Assembly: GCA_013239625.1 (NCBI GenBank)
Contig: MU054323.1
Location: 14,388,029-14,452,028, forward strand
Origin: Lama guanicoe
Lineage: Eukaryota
Length of the DNA: 64,000 nt
Direction of reading: 5' to 3'
Of the stretch, positions 25,185-38,325 are shown piece by piece (the stretch's first letter is position 1; every line of letters starts with the position of its first letter). A model generated the notes under the pieces. That model was given only the letters and a program-made list of their open reading frames with translations. It was not told the origin of the DNA and searched no databases. A program made the position numbers and the translations under genes.

Positions 25185-25530
25185 GTTTTCAGAGGAAACC
25201 AATGCTATTAATTTGATTCATTTCCTTTTAGAAAACATATGTGTGTGCATACATATATGCACCTATAAAACGTAGTTTATGTGTGTAATTTTTTGAACAA
25301 ATTATACCATACTTAATTTGGGCTCTGTATTCTTCCCACTTAACAGCATTTCTTAAAAATCTGCCACATCCTTGCACCTGCCTCCTTATGTATTGGGATC
25401 AGTTCTTAGGGTAGTTACTGAAACAGAAGTGCTGGGTCAATAGAAATAAAACAATCCTAAAATATCTTCCAAGTTGTATGCATACCCATTCTGATTCTTT
25501 TAGATTTCTGTGCCAAATGCCTCCATACCT
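25185..25530 (-). mobile_element. Ancient L1ME-type 3' fragment
   Basis: 'cagaggaaaccaatgctattaattttg', 'ttcttagggtagttactgaaacagaagtgctgggtcaa'. Confidence 0.55.
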
Positions 25531-25574
25531 TTGTAGCTCTTGATGTAGACACCCTGACCAAATACTGCTGCAGA

Positions 25575-25900
25575 CCCACCCTGCAAAGTTCAGCTCAAAT
25601 GCACCTTCTGCTGAAGTCATCACTAGCTCCCAACTATACTCAACCTTTCTTTCCTGTGAAACTGAACAGTGCTTTACCTGTAATCTTACCATGGCACTTA
25701 CTAGGGGTTCATTGTATTAGAGCCATCTCTATGTAGAGTATATCTTCTCATCATCCCCCACTAGGCTGTAAGATCCCTAAGGGCAATATTCGTGCCATCA
25801 TTTTTATATTTGAATCTCCATATCCTAAAGTCACGTGCCTTGACTGGATTATTCTTCTATAAGTCTTTGTTAAGTGGATAAAAGGATGAACAAATGAATT
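25575..25900 (+). mobile_element. L2 3' end
   Basis: 'caaagttcagctcaaatgcaccttc...cccactaggctgtaagatccctaagggca...ggatgaacaaatgaat'. Confidence 0.65.
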
Positions 25901-27654
25901 CATGGTGTAGCACTTCATGTTAGATCAATGCCTTAAAAATTCCAGGAAATATCTATTGTGTTGTCTATTGTCAATTCCATGGAAGCTTGAGCTGAAATCT
26001 GGTTGTTATGCTTTTGTTTGATCACATACTTGCTCCTTTATGTGTCACGTTTTACATCACTGTTAATGGAAATGATCCTGTGTATTTTCAGAGTAGTCCT
26101 TGTGATAATCGAAGGAATCTTTGTAAATCGTGTCTGAATTGTTCCCTTCCCCTGGCACTATACTTAGTTGCAGTGAGAGGTACATTTGTTGTAAGTATTC
26201 TGAGTATGTACTTGATTCTGCCTGGCTCATATGTCATCATAAAACCCTATACACTCCCTCACCACCAAGCCAGTCAGCAACTTGGACAGCAAAAACCACT
26301 CAGCCGCTGGCTATCCAGATGCTACCTGTCTCCACAGATGCAGGGAAGCCTTTCTCCTTCCCTCCCTCCCTCTCTCCTTTTCTTTATTCTTTCTTTTCTT
26401 TTTTTTTCTCTCTCTGTTAGAACTGGAGTCAGCAGAGAAAAGGATGTGTTTGTAATACACTAAGATATACTAACATTAAACCATGGATATTATGGGGAAC
26501 TTGTATGATTTTTAAGGGAAAAATATTCTAGCATTCAAAATTCACATAAGGTACCAAACAAATGAGTATCTAAAGCTGACTCCAATTAGTTTTAGGCAGA
26601 CCTGCAGTCTGGCTTTCAGCATCTCCCATCTGTCTCCCATTTGCAGTCTTGACTGAACCTTTCACTTTAAGATTTTGTTTTTAATGAATTTCTTCTTTCT
26701 AGTCTCTTATATCTCTAATAATGATAGTAAGTTTTCTTTTTATTATTAAACAGCCAATATTTGTATAAGGACCTGTGTTAATTCTAGTTTTTATCCTTCA
26801 AGAAATTTCTACAATGTAATTCCAATAATATGTTTTGTATCTTAAATCTCTATTGCTAACCCTTGTTTAGAAGGTGAATACATAATGTTAACTTATTAAT
26901 GCAGACTAATTTAATTATTCTAGATCCCATTCTCTTTTCTCAGTTTATTATGGTCATTAAAACTCACTGAAATTTAATGGTTCTTCTATAATGATGAGTA
27001 TCTTCATTATAAGATTATAGAATCTTAATTATAAAGTTGTATAGCATTTAAATATCTATAAATAAGGGTCAATCACAGACATGGTCCTGAAACATCCTGT
27101 CCATTGATGGTTGGAATATACACATCCATTTGTGTAAAGATATTCATATGTTTTCTTCAGAAGTTTTAGAAGTTTTTATTTTTGAGTAAGATTTTAACTC
27201 AGTAACTAAAGTGATATTATTTCTGTTTTTCATGCTGGTATTTAAAATATATATCTTTTAAATTTCCCTAGATTCCTGTTTCTGAACCAAACTCTTCAAT
27301 TTATTTTTACTTTCACTAGGAAATTTTGAAACATCCCTAACTAATGATAATATTGGTATCATAATACCTTGTTTCAAAAAACCTTCCCTGTATGAGCATT
27401 ATGATAATTAGATCTTCTATTAGATCAGCTCTAAAATTAATACTGTGTCAGTTTTCTAAATTTTTAGATTTAGAATCACAGTATTCTGCAGCAGTTCTGC
27501 CTTGGGATAAGTTAAAGTCTAGACCAATACTATGTGCAGAATGATATAAGTAATATAGTAATTTTGTCTTTAATATCGAAAAAGGGAAAAAACAGACCTT
27601 GGTCATTGCTTTAGGAGACTAGCCTTGCTCTTCAAAACATTTATGGACATTTCT

Positions 27655-28576
27655 TGTGAAAAAAATTGAAACAAAAATATATATTGCCCTCTGCCTCCAG
27701 TTTCTGGCACAGAGCTCCTAAAATCATAAAATTTTCTAAATGATAATAACTCTAGGGGCATCTTTTGTTTTAATATTTGGCTTTTACCCTGCGCTCCTTA
27801 GTCTCTTGGGGTTTCTTGGGTGACAGGAGTGTCATTTGCTTTAATTAGGTGACTGTTGGTGGACTCCTGGGTAGTTTTAGGATGGGGATTGGTCCCTGGA
27901 AAGACAAGCCATGATTAGAACCTTGGAAATTTGTGCCCTACCCCCCATCATTCAAGGAAGGGAGAGAGCCTGGAGACTGAGTTAACAATTCATCGTGCTT
28001 ACATGATAAAGTATCTACAAAATTCCCAAAAGTACAGAGTTCAGGGAGCTTCCGGATTGGTGTACACATGAAAGTGCTCACAGAGAGGCTATAGAAGTTG
28101 CTTCCCACACACCCCTATGTATCTCTTCATCTGGCTGTTCTTTGTATTCTTTATTATATCCTTTATAATAAGCTGATTAATACAATTGTTTCCCTGAGTT
28201 CTGTGAGCCATTCTAGCAAATCACTGAACCCAAGGAGAGAGTCATTGGAACCCCAGTTTATTGCCAATTGGTCTAAAGTACAGGTGGCAATCTGAGACTT
28301 GCCATCCATGTCTCAAGTGAGAGCAGTCTTATAGAACTGAGGTCGTAACTTGTGGGATGTGGCACTAACTCCAGATAGATAGTATCAGAATTAAGTTGAA
28401 TTATAGGACCCCAGCTAGTGTCCCACAATTCAGACTTCCCCCATATCAAGTATGTATTAATTACTTGATATAGGAGTTTGAGGGGAAACTCCGCACACAT
28501 TTGGTGAACAGAAGTGTCAAAAGTGAAGTGTTCTGTGTGACTAGTAAAGGAGGAAAGAGTGTATTTTCCCTAAACA
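27655..28576 (+). mobile_element. ERVL-class LTR, MER21-like
   Basis: TG...CA termini; 'tttctggcacagagctcctaaaa', 'ttcagggagcttccggattggtg', 'gtttccctgagttctgtgagccattctagcaaatca' and 'gtatcagaattaagttgaattataggac' are characteristic of MER21. Confidence 0.82.
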
Positions 28577-29810
28577 CCGGTGCAGTGTCTTATAGGATGG
28601 GAGCAGGGGTCTTCAAGTCAGCTTTTGAGGTACTTTCTCAAGAACCTCATCTTTCAGATTCTTGACTTGGAAATTTGATTGAACTCTGAACTCCAACACA
28701 GGTCTCCATTTATCTTAATAAAAAACTTCTCTTTAAAACAATTTATGCCCTTATAGTTGCCAGAAATATTTTTCAAAAATATTTACTGATGGCTTTATAA
28801 GGTTAATTGAAATGAAAGGATATTTTTTCCTTGAAAAATAGTGGGCTTTTGACCTATGCTTGCAAAACAAATCACAGATATTTTATGCCTTCTTGATTAG
28901 ACAGATGAAATTGTCTTCCTTTCCTTAGTGAAAGCTACTTTTTTTTTCCTTTTCTGGTAGATTCTAAGCTTTGGACTGTGTATCTACTTTTCACTGCTTA
29001 TTGCCTTTGTAAGACAATTCTGCTCCATGCAAGTAATTGCATACTTGGCACTATCATTTAGAGACAAAGGGAATTCTTCTGAAGGGGCCAGTGTCTACCA
29101 CTACTTACGACTTCTAGGGAAAGGAGGTGAAGCATGTTTTTCACCATAGTAATGATAGCACAGACTTTGAAAATTAAGTAGACTCATTCCAAAACACTAA
29201 GCTACTTGGACCAACATTGGAGAAGCACAGACACTGTTATAATACATAATAGTAAGTATAATGAGGACATTAACACAAGTGATATAGAGGGAAATAATTT
29301 ACCTATTTGAGGTGGTTGGAGGAAAGATCTTGTCTTATAAGAGATACAAAAATGAGCAGAAATTGCTACAGTAAAGCATTCTTTCTACATTTAAGATTTA
29401 AATTAAGTATCATACTTTTCCTCCCCTTCTGTTAGTTTTTATCCTTCCTTTCTCCCTGTGTTCCATTCACTGAATGACTACTCTGGTTTAGCTACTCCGT
29501 AGTATAGTCTCCTTTTCTTCCTTCCCTTCACTTACTTTATCTTGCTTCCCCCAATAATTCATCTCTTTCCTTCCTTCCATTCTTCTCTGGTCCTGTGTTG
29601 CCAGGTGAAGTCTGACATCCTGGCGTGCTCTGGCTCACTAAAACAACTCTAATGGCATGCCATGACAAATATTTTTGAGTAATTGCCTTTGTCATAAGTA
29701 GTGAAAAAATTAAATTAAAACTCTAAATCAGAGCAAAATTCCCTTTAAAAGGCAGGGACCTGTAATTTTGCTGAGTTATAACACTTTTATATTATTGTTG
29801 TTTTGCTTTC

Positions 29811-30028
29811 TTTTTTTTTAAATTGAAGTAATTGAAGTATAGTCAGTTACAATGTGTCACTTTCTGGTATACAGCATAATGTCCCAGTCATATATATACA
29901 TCTATATATTTGTTTTCATGTTCTTTTTCATTAAAGTTTATTACAAGATGCTGAATATAGTTCCCTGTGCTATACAGAAGAAATCTGTTTTCTATCTATT
30001 TTTATATATATTAGTTAATATTTGCAAG
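29811..30028 (-). mobile_element. 5'-truncated camelid-type L1 3' end
   Basis: Reverse complement of 46575-46790 ('gaagtatagtcagttacaatgtgtc...gaatatagttccctgtgctatacagaagaaat'). Confidence 0.92.
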
Positions 30029-31867
30029 TATAATTAACTAAGTATATTGGGCATCTTTTGTTAACTTCTCCTTTCTTCTCAGCTATGTTATATCTTCTTA
30101 TTCACAGAAAAAATAAAATAAAATATGATACAGATACTAAACAGAGAAAACTAGAACTCCTGTATTAGGTTCCCATTTGAAAGTTTTTCACAGTTATACA
30201 CTGAGTTTATTAAATATTTTATATAGCGACATGTCTAACTGCATATAGGATATTTGAGATCACTTATATTTAGTGTTTTTTAGTGAGTTCTAATTTAATA
30301 TAGTCAGGGAGGTTATGGATGTTGATTTGATTCAATATGAACAGCTCAAGTTTTGAAACTATATTTGTATTCCAACTATGTGTAACTCTCTGAATATAGG
30401 ACACATCTCATTTTCTTTTTAAGCAACTAATGTGAAGTACTATCCATTTGGTATTAAGATAAATATTTCAAGATTTGGGGCATACATTTTTCATAAATTT
30501 TTACTCAACTATAGATTTTTGTGTTTTATACCACAGGAAGCTGTCAACACTCTAATAATTTTTGTTAACATTTTGCAGCTCATAGAAGCGTGTGTCTCAT
30601 TGAGCCAAAATTATCCATGTTGTTTGAGTTTCTGCAGCTTAGATATACACTGAATATAGAAATGCATTGACAAGGAAGGAGAATCTCCAACCCATTATTT
30701 TAGTTCTGGGTAAGCTAGCAGCATGTCTTCTCCCATTCATGGAAGAAGAATGTCCCTGCCACAGAATTCCTTGAGGAAATTGGATGTGTTTTGACCCAGC
30801 TACGTATCTTAAAATAGTCACTGCTGAGTCACTGTACACAACACTTTCGTTAGTATTTAAATATATTTATATTTAGGTCTTCCTTGAGTTTAGGGCCACT
30901 GCCACCTGAAGGCTTATTTTCCTCTTTATTTCTAACTAAGCACTCTTTGAGCTGTGCTGTGGAACCACCAATTAATGTTCCTGAAATGCTAATATGGCCA
31001 GGTGCTATACTAACTGCTCACATAATGTTGCTTATTAATCTTTCAAACATGGTATGAAGAAGGAAGAAATGCACATAGAATTTGAAGACTGAAGTACTAG
31101 GTAGATTCCTTTGTATGCACTAGAACATTTTTATTTCCATTTCTTCGCTTTTCCCTTTAATCCCCCTCCCCTTCTTCATCCTCCTCTTCATTTTCCTTCT
31201 CCTCCATTTTAAGATTTATTAACTATTTTTACTTATGATATACAGTTTAATTAAATAGAAAATATGGCATCTAATAAAATTACTTTTTACTACCATTTAG
31301 ATTATGTACGATTCTTTCAATCTGTTGTGATTATCATTCTACTCTTATTAGGTTCTAGATACAGTCTAAGAAATCATGGCCATAAATCACCTTTCCTACA
31401 AAGCTAAGTTGGAAATACACTTGATTCGTGGTGGTCTCCATTTCTGTTAGCTCTCAAAGTTTTGATAATTTCGTTAATAGTTTGCCTCCTGAAGTTGAAA
31501 AAGTATTACACATCTGAACTGTAGGTTGAGTTCCTGCAGGAAAATTAGTTCGTATTACAAAGCATTACTATATTACTTTTGGTTGTGGGTTGATAGCTGA
31601 CACATTACCATGAAAGATAATGAAAAGACTATATATATATAACAAAGTAAAATAAAATGATAAAGACACTTAACCTCAGATTTAAAAAAAATAAGCAATG
31701 TAATGAATGACCAATGAAAGATTTTATTCTTTTCCTCTTTCATCTATATCTTTACAATGTTCAAATTCTTTTTTGGAAGACAAGTCTCAACCTAATAAAC
31801 TTTATTAGCATTACATTCATTGTAAATTTGTACCAAATGCTATAATGGTGACTTTCTTTTTACAAAA

Positions 31868-31937
31868 CCAATAGAAATCTTCCTAAAAATCCTTTGGAGT
31901 AGCCAATAGCAATCATTCTAAAAATCCTTTGGAGTAG
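31868..31937. repeat. 35-bp tandem duplication, 3 mismatches
   Basis: ccaatagaaatcttcctaaaaatcctttggagtag / ccaatagcaatcattctaaaaatcctttggagtag. Confidence 0.93.
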
Positions 31938-32068
31938 AGCAATTTAAAAAATACTTTATATCATATCTTATATCCCAAGGAGTTTATTTAAGTTATTGTT
32001 ATAGAGCAATTTAAAAAATACTTTATATCATATCTTATATCCCAAGGAGTTTATTTAAGTTATTGTTA
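31935..32068. repeat. Exact 67-bp tandem duplication
   Basis: 31935-32001 is identical to 32002-32068. Confidence 0.96.
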
Positions 32069-32369
32069 TTGATATGTATCTCATGAGAATTTACATCATA
32101 GCCAAACAAAATATTTAGGGAAACGAATTTGGCTTTCTTTACCTTCATTGTATTTATTGTTTTAATTTAATATTTGTTTTCTATCTTCGAGTACTTGATG
32201 AGCTATCATAGACTTTACAATACTAGTAGAAAGCAGAGTTCATGGTCCTGAGACCTCATGATTTAATGGTGGATAAACAACAACACAAATATATAGTTAA
32301 TGATAACCTTAGGATACAGATACACACACACGTTTGTGTTTGTATCTGTGTGTGTGTACTATCTGGGGA

Positions 32370-33453
32370 AATAACCTTCCACCCAGCCATCACAAATGTA
32401 GTTCAGATCTCTTTGCTTTCTTGACTTGATTATTCTAACAGGTTCTTAGTGACTTTCATTTCTTCCCCTCTAGCCTTTGCTTCTATCCATTTCCCCCATC
32501 ATTGTCAAAGCAGTCTTTCTAAAACACCAACATCATTTTATCTCACATGTATTGAAACTAATGCTCTTAGGATGATGTTCATCCTTCTTATCAAGGGTTG
32601 CAGGATCTTTCACTGCATGGCTTGCTCACACCTATGCATTCCGAACAACTACCACCCACTCCTCTTCCTACCCTCTGCACCACTCAATTCAGTTTCTCCC
32701 AAAGTCCTGAACAACCTCAGCCTTTCTTAACCCTCAGCCTTGGCATGAGTAATTCTCTGAGTAAAGCATTATCCTCTTTCTCCCCTTTCCCCAGAATTTG
32801 CCTAGCTAAGTAGATGCATTCTTGACATCTCAGCTAATATAAGCAGCCTTCTTTGTCCATCACCCTTTTACATACTAAGCACATATGGCAAATATTAAGC
32901 AGTGCTTCTCTTTTACATGAACTCCAATTGTATGCTTTGTTACCCACTGGTAGCCATCGTTGCTTTATGTTATTGTTGACCTGAAATAAATAGATGTATA
33001 TTTCTCCAGCAAAAATGAATTTGTTTGGGGTCAGCACAAAATTGCAATTCAGAGTCTGCAACTGTGGTGATCCATGTACAAGTCTCCCCACAGCAAGGGG
33101 ACTAAAGCACTTTATAGAGAGAAAAGGAAGCTGGGAGGGCTAAAGTGAGCAGAGAGTCCCTGGCTTTTCATGAGCTGAATCCTTATGAGGAAAGAAGAGG
33201 AGTCTTTCTTCTTCCTGTTTGGCTCTGGTATCGTGAGAGCATGACAGCTTCCCCTGCTGCTATTTAATTAAAATTTTTGTTTATTAATTTTTACATTTTT
33301 ATTTCCTATTTATTCATCAGGATCCCTGACTAGGCTTTCAGGGTAATGAGGCAGGCATCATTTTGACCCTGTTCATTCTTATACATAAGGTTGTACGGTG
33401 CATAGCATATAGTAGAGTACAATAAATATTTGTTCAATGAGTAAATGAATGAA
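32370..33453 (+). mobile_element. L2 3' region interrupted by an ERV LTR
   Basis: 'cattgtcaaagcagtctttctaaaacac' and terminus 'aataaatatttgttcaatgagtaaatgaatgaa'. Confidence 0.7.
32974..33295 (-). mobile_element. ERV solo LTR (ERV1-like, subfamily not determined)
   Basis: TG...CA termini ('tgttgacctg'...'atttttaca'); interrupts collinear L2; has LTR-like composition. Confidence 0.65.
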
Positions 33454-34754
33454 GTAATTAGGCAGGTGTTATTTCATACAATGGTCATGATTATGAACAT
33501 GATTGGAGAAACTAAAGCAAAATGGTCCTATTTTCTTAGGAAAAAATTTTAAGACAGAGAAGCTTGCAAGTGTAGGAGAATGAGGACACGTAAGTATTTT
33601 TTGATGCTCAGGGCAAAGTCCAAATATATGCCAACCTCTTCATATAATTTGTATGGTAACTGTCTTCCAGTAACCCCAAACCCAGACAGACCTCCATTTC
33701 TTTACACCACAAGATATACTTATTTTGATTTTCTGGCTTAGATATTTTGTGAAAAATTACAGCATTAATTTCTATAACAACAAAACTAGATGGTAAGCCA
33801 ATAGCACTATTATTAATTAATGAAACCTACAAATACACAAACACTGAAGAACTTAATAATGAAAGTGTTAATCTACAATTGCCTTGAAAAGTGCCTGTAA
33901 ATTTTTTTGTTTCAAATTTTGCTACCAACAACATTATGGGAGAAATAACATGCTGTTACAATAAGAAAGGTTATAAAATTTTATAGCCCAATATTTTAGA
34001 GTGTCTTGGGTTGTAAAAAGGTATAAGGAATTCTCAAAACTTTTACTGCCATAGACTGGGAGCTCTGTATGAAATTGGTAAAGTACAATTGATAGAAAAG
34101 AAGATGGTTTTATTTTTTTCTCTGTGATGTTTGTATGATTCTATCTGGCAAGTATAATTTAGATTTATAAATATAGCAGATGAGTTAGAAAAAGAACCAT
34201 ACCCAATTTCCAGTTAGATTTGCTGACTGGGACTTTGCAGTAGTATATCACCTGTCCTTCAGGCTCAGAGTCTGTCATGTTCACCTTTTGTTTCTCAAAG
34301 TTCCTATATATTTCTTTCTGCATGGTACATATCACTATATGTTTGTTGAACTAGGTGGAAATCAAAAGACATTTGGAGCATATATAATAAAAATTTAAAA
34401 TGTTTCTAAAGTGATTTGCAGTCTTTTAAATATATATTTACCAACATATTTAGAAAATCTTACTTACACGGTTTATATGACACGGCAATTAAAATATAGG
34501 AAGATGTCACCTGAAATAATGTGCAAATCTAGAGGATGCATAAATTTAATTTAGCTGCTTCTGCAAACCAAAAAGGGCAAGTGTATTGAAGTAGTTCAGA
34601 ACATGGGCTTTGGAGTTTGATGACCTGGATTCTAATACCACATCTGCCACTTAATAAACAACTTTACTTTTGTAAGCATCGCTGCTTTGTCTAAGATAAG
34701 AGTATACAAACACCCACCACATAGGTTTGTTCAGAGTAAAAATGTAATCATAGA

Positions 34755-34882
34755 GGGGAGGGTATAGCTCAGTGGTAGAGTGCTTGCCTAGCAAGCACAA
34801 AGTCAATCCTCCGTTTAAAAAATATATAAGTTAATAAAATCTAAATACCTCCACCTCCCCCACCCCCCAGCAAAAAAAAAAA
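34755..34882 (+). mobile_element. tRNA-derived SINE, camelid vic-1-like, with internal deletion of the B-box
   Basis: 'ggggagggtatagctcagtggtagagtgcttgcctagcaagcac' carries a Pol III A-box (34765-34775); AT-rich middle, C-rich stretch and A11 tail; no GGTTC B-box. Confidence 0.85.
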
Positions 34883-34962
34883 TATACAGTGCTGTACGTC
34901 AATTATATCTCAATGAAACTAGAAGGAAAATTTTTTAAATAATTAAATAAAATTATAAAAAA
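34883..34962 (+). mobile_element. L1 extreme 3' tail fragment
   Basis: 'tgctgtacgtcaattatatctcaatgaaactagaagg' followed by an A-rich tail. Confidence 0.7.
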
Positions 34963-35693
34963 TATATAATAGTAAATGCAAAATGCTTAGCACGACCTAT
35001 CACTCAGTAAATTGTTAGATCTACTTCCTCTCTTTACCTCTTTTTTTCCTCATTGTATAGAAGAGGATGTCAATAACAGGAAAATAACATAAAATCACTC
35101 TGCAGCATGCAATATTATTTTGAGTTAGCAGATGTCCTTATTAATATAGGTCTTACAATTGGAGAAAATGATAGTTACTTTGCCTGATTTAAGTAATTAT
35201 TATTAAAGGGAATTTAAAAATATAAAGTATTAAACAAATAAAATGTACACAAAACATACTCTAGACTGTGCCAGTTTGTACTTTGTGACTTTTAGATTTC
35301 TATGAGATATTACAGGATATTGGAAATATGGAAGGCAAGAGCCAGATAAGTTGAATATTAGTTCTGGAAATAATGTTTGTTCAGATTGTTAGAGCAATTC
35401 CATTTTTCCCCCTCAGGCAGGTATTTTGAAGGAGGTACTAGCTTCATTTTCTAGAGAGAAGGGTAAAGGGAAGTTAATCTTATCTCTTCATGTGTCATGT
35501 ACCTTAGGAACTACTCAATAAATGTTAATTGATGAAGATGATATTGCAAGGACTATATTTTATGAAATTGATTCATAGAAGTCAGCCCTAGGCAGTTATA
35601 TCAATGTAATTGGATATTTCCAATATCTTTAATTTAATTCTTTCTCTGTAAAATCATGTTAAAATAAATGTGTTTAATTGGGATCCTGAGCAT

Positions 35694-35887
35694 CTTTTCT
35701 TTCTTCCTCCCCTCCCTTCCTTCCCCTTTTCGTTCCTTCCTTCCTCCCTGCTTCCCTTCCCTTTGCTTCCCTTCCCTTTGCTTCCTTTCTTTTCCTTCCC
35801 TTCCCTTCCCTCCCCTCCCCTCCCTTCCTCCCTCCCTCCCTCCCTCCCTTCCTTCCTTCCTTCCTTCCTTCCTTCCTTCCTTCCCCT
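35694..35887. repeat. Compound polypyrimidine simple repeat (CTTCC / CCCT / CCTT)n
   Basis: Read directly. Confidence 0.95.
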
Positions 35888-36899
35888 GCTGTCTTTCTGT
35901 CTCCTTCACTGCCTGTTCACATAGTATACAACTGAACCATAATCCTGTTGTATGGAGACAGCAATTAGATCAGTTTATATCTCTCTTAATAGTTGGCCCT
36001 CAAAAATTCTTACCTAACAAACCTAGAAAGTAGAAGAAGGAACCTAAGCTAATTTTTTTTTTTTCTCCTTCCTGGGGCCATTTACCATTCACAGAAACTC
36101 AAGATTCAGGTGGTCTTTCTGAAAAGCCCATTTTTGTAGAAACTTATGTGAATGTCAGGACTTGCTGGCACCAGTGCTGGACATACTCAACTTGAAGAGA
36201 ACATACCCCAGAGTCTGGTCTGAACCTTTCTTAAAAAAAAAAAGCAGCTTAAATCCTTGGAACATTATCTCAGCCCAGCCTGTGCCTGAACCAGACCCTG
36301 GAATAGATTCCTGCCTCATCTCCCGCCTTTTCACTCCATACCCCTTAGGCTCACACACAGAGGAATACTTTTGATCACATAAAACCATGATCTGAATAAC
36401 TGATTTTTAAGCTTTTTGTTTATCCTGAGGGTTTTATTTTTTATGAAATGCAATTAATTACAGAGGCAAGTTGTGCTATTCCATATTATAATGTCAAAAT
36501 GTTTACCATGGGGCTGCAGCCTTGTGTAGTGGACAAAAAGCTCCTGGCTAAGTAACATTATATTTCATTTTTATATGATTTAATGTTGATTTTTTTCATG
36601 TTTTGTTTTCCCTGAAAGCCAAAGTCTGGGCAAGTTTCTTGAATTATCAGCAATTTGTTTTGGAGTCCCAGATTACTACAATAACATAGTGCATCAGTTC
36701 AACAGACTGACTTTGAGACCAATCTATGTGCGAGGAAGGGGCAGGAGTGAACAGGACAGCCTGTGAGAAGATCAGGTGTGGCGGAGAAGAAAGTCAAGCT
36801 TACAAATAACTAACATACCTAATACGGTACCTTGCACTGTAGGAACCATGCAAGTTTTCTAGAAAAATTGAAGGAAATACTGTTTTTGGCATAGTCAGA

Positions 36900-38030
36900 C
36901 AAGTGCTTTTTTGCAGAGTATCTACTTGAAATTTTTCTTTACTTCCTCTGGGGTAGTTTGTCTTAGATTTTCTAGCTCTCCATCTTGTAGTGTGGAATTT
37001 TCTGTGTACGTGTTGAGAACAGACTATTTGTATGATCTCTTCCTGGATATACAAGAACCTGTCTCCCTTTTTTCCCTGTCTCTCTCCATCTCTTTCACCT
37101 TTTAAATCATAACAGTGTACCAGGAAATGTCTTGAAATTTATTATTTTGTATTAGTTATTCTGGAGACATGGTATACTTCCTCTTCTAGACTTGGATTCA
37201 AGTTTTCCTCTTAGTTTTGAATAATCTTCTCAATTACAAATTAAAATATTTTTGTTTTTTTCAACTTCCGTCTTTGTGAAGGCCCTATTTCTCATTTTCT
37301 GTATTTTTAACTTCTTATCTTCTTACTCATTTTCAATCATTTTGTTCATTTTTTTCTTAGTCTTGCCCTCTCTAACACTTACTATCTTTTCAATTGTATA
37401 GTCTTCTCTTTTTATTTCTCAGCATGACCTTCATTTCGGCGCTATTTTATTTTTCTTTTCAGCTTCTTTCCTGAGCAGCAATGACAGTTTTTCATGCCCT
37501 CCTTTTCCCTGCCATGCCATTTTCCCTTTATTTACTTTGTGTGTGCATGTGTGTGCGTGTGTTGCATGTGTGTGAGAGAAAGAAAGATAAAGAGAGAGAA
37601 ACAAGAGTGCTTTGGTTTGATTATCCTTATTCCCAGACTTTCCCTGTTCCTACAGATACTGGCCTGCTCACAACTCACTATCTTCTCCAGTGGGTTTCAC
37701 CTTTGGATGAGCCCTTCAGTGATGGGACATCTGCAAATTCTTTTATTTATTCCAGCATCTCTTATCTCTATCAGGGTCCAAAGAACTTCATTCAGCAACC
37801 CATGCCGTTGGTGTCATTGCTTCTAACAATGGTGTTTTCTGTCCCTCTCTGCATTCTTCCAATTCAGTGTGTACTGGCAGCAGCAGGCCCATCTGGTCTA
37901 ACCGTTACTTGTTCTGACAGCTCTCCTCATATGTTGGTCTGGTGGTTATAGTGTGTCCTAGTTTGACTGAAGAGTTTATTTGTCTATTTCTCACCTTCCC
38001 TCTAATCTCATAAAGGAAAGGGGGATACAC
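36900..38030 (-). mobile_element. Very old L1M 5'/ORF1-like fragment
   Basis: T-rich degenerate sequence resembling the reverse L1M 5' region; weak. Confidence 0.4.
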
Positions 38031-38204
38031 ATTCTTCTCCTGTCATCCTAAAGTCCCAAGAGTCTTTCTTCAAAGTTCTAGCTGTAATTTTATGACATCT
38101 CTTAGGATATAATGGTAAAAAGAGTTGTCAGTTTCTGTAGTCAGGAATCTTCCCTGAGAACTATTGATTTGCCTTGCATACTCTTGACAGTAGAAACAAT
38201 AGAA

Positions 38205-38325
38205 ATAGAAATAATAGTAGCTAAGGTTTTGAGTGTGCCTGCAATACTTAGGTACTGTTATAACCGTTTATGTATATCAGCTAATTTAATTTTCACAATC
38301 ACCCTGTGAAGTAGATGCTGTTTTA
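38205..38325 (-). mobile_element. MIR fragment
   Basis: 'aataatagtagctaaggttttgagtgtg...atttaattttcacaatcaccctgtgaagtagatgctg'. Confidence 0.65.

Larger units (their letters stand above)
34580..35020 (+). mobile_element. MIR SINE interrupted by a SINE and an L1 tail
   Basis: 'agaacatgggctttggagtttgatgacctggattctaataccacatctgccactta' on the left and 'aaaatgcttagcacg' on the right. Confidence 0.7.

Noticed and set aside
26008..26463. 151-aa ORF, with a plus-strand acceptor-like 'gtattttcag' at ~26091
   Set aside because: No recognisable protein; it runs into a CT-rich tract, and the candidate donor (GAG|GTACAT) is weak.
31868..32068. Repeated units superficially like a CRISPR array
   Set aside because: Only two-copy tandem duplications without unique spacers, in mammalian DNA.
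34755..34800. tRNA-like sequence
   Set aside because: It lacks the T-arm/B-box and the 3' acceptor strand and has a SINE tail, so it is a SINE and not a tRNA gene.
35634..36033. Low-complexity ORFs (GREG/PSLP repeats)
   Set aside because: Translations of the CT-rich simple repeat.
37481..37951. 156-aa ORF, the longest in the window
   Set aside because: It spans TG/GA microsatellite-like sequence and probable old L1; no domain recognised.
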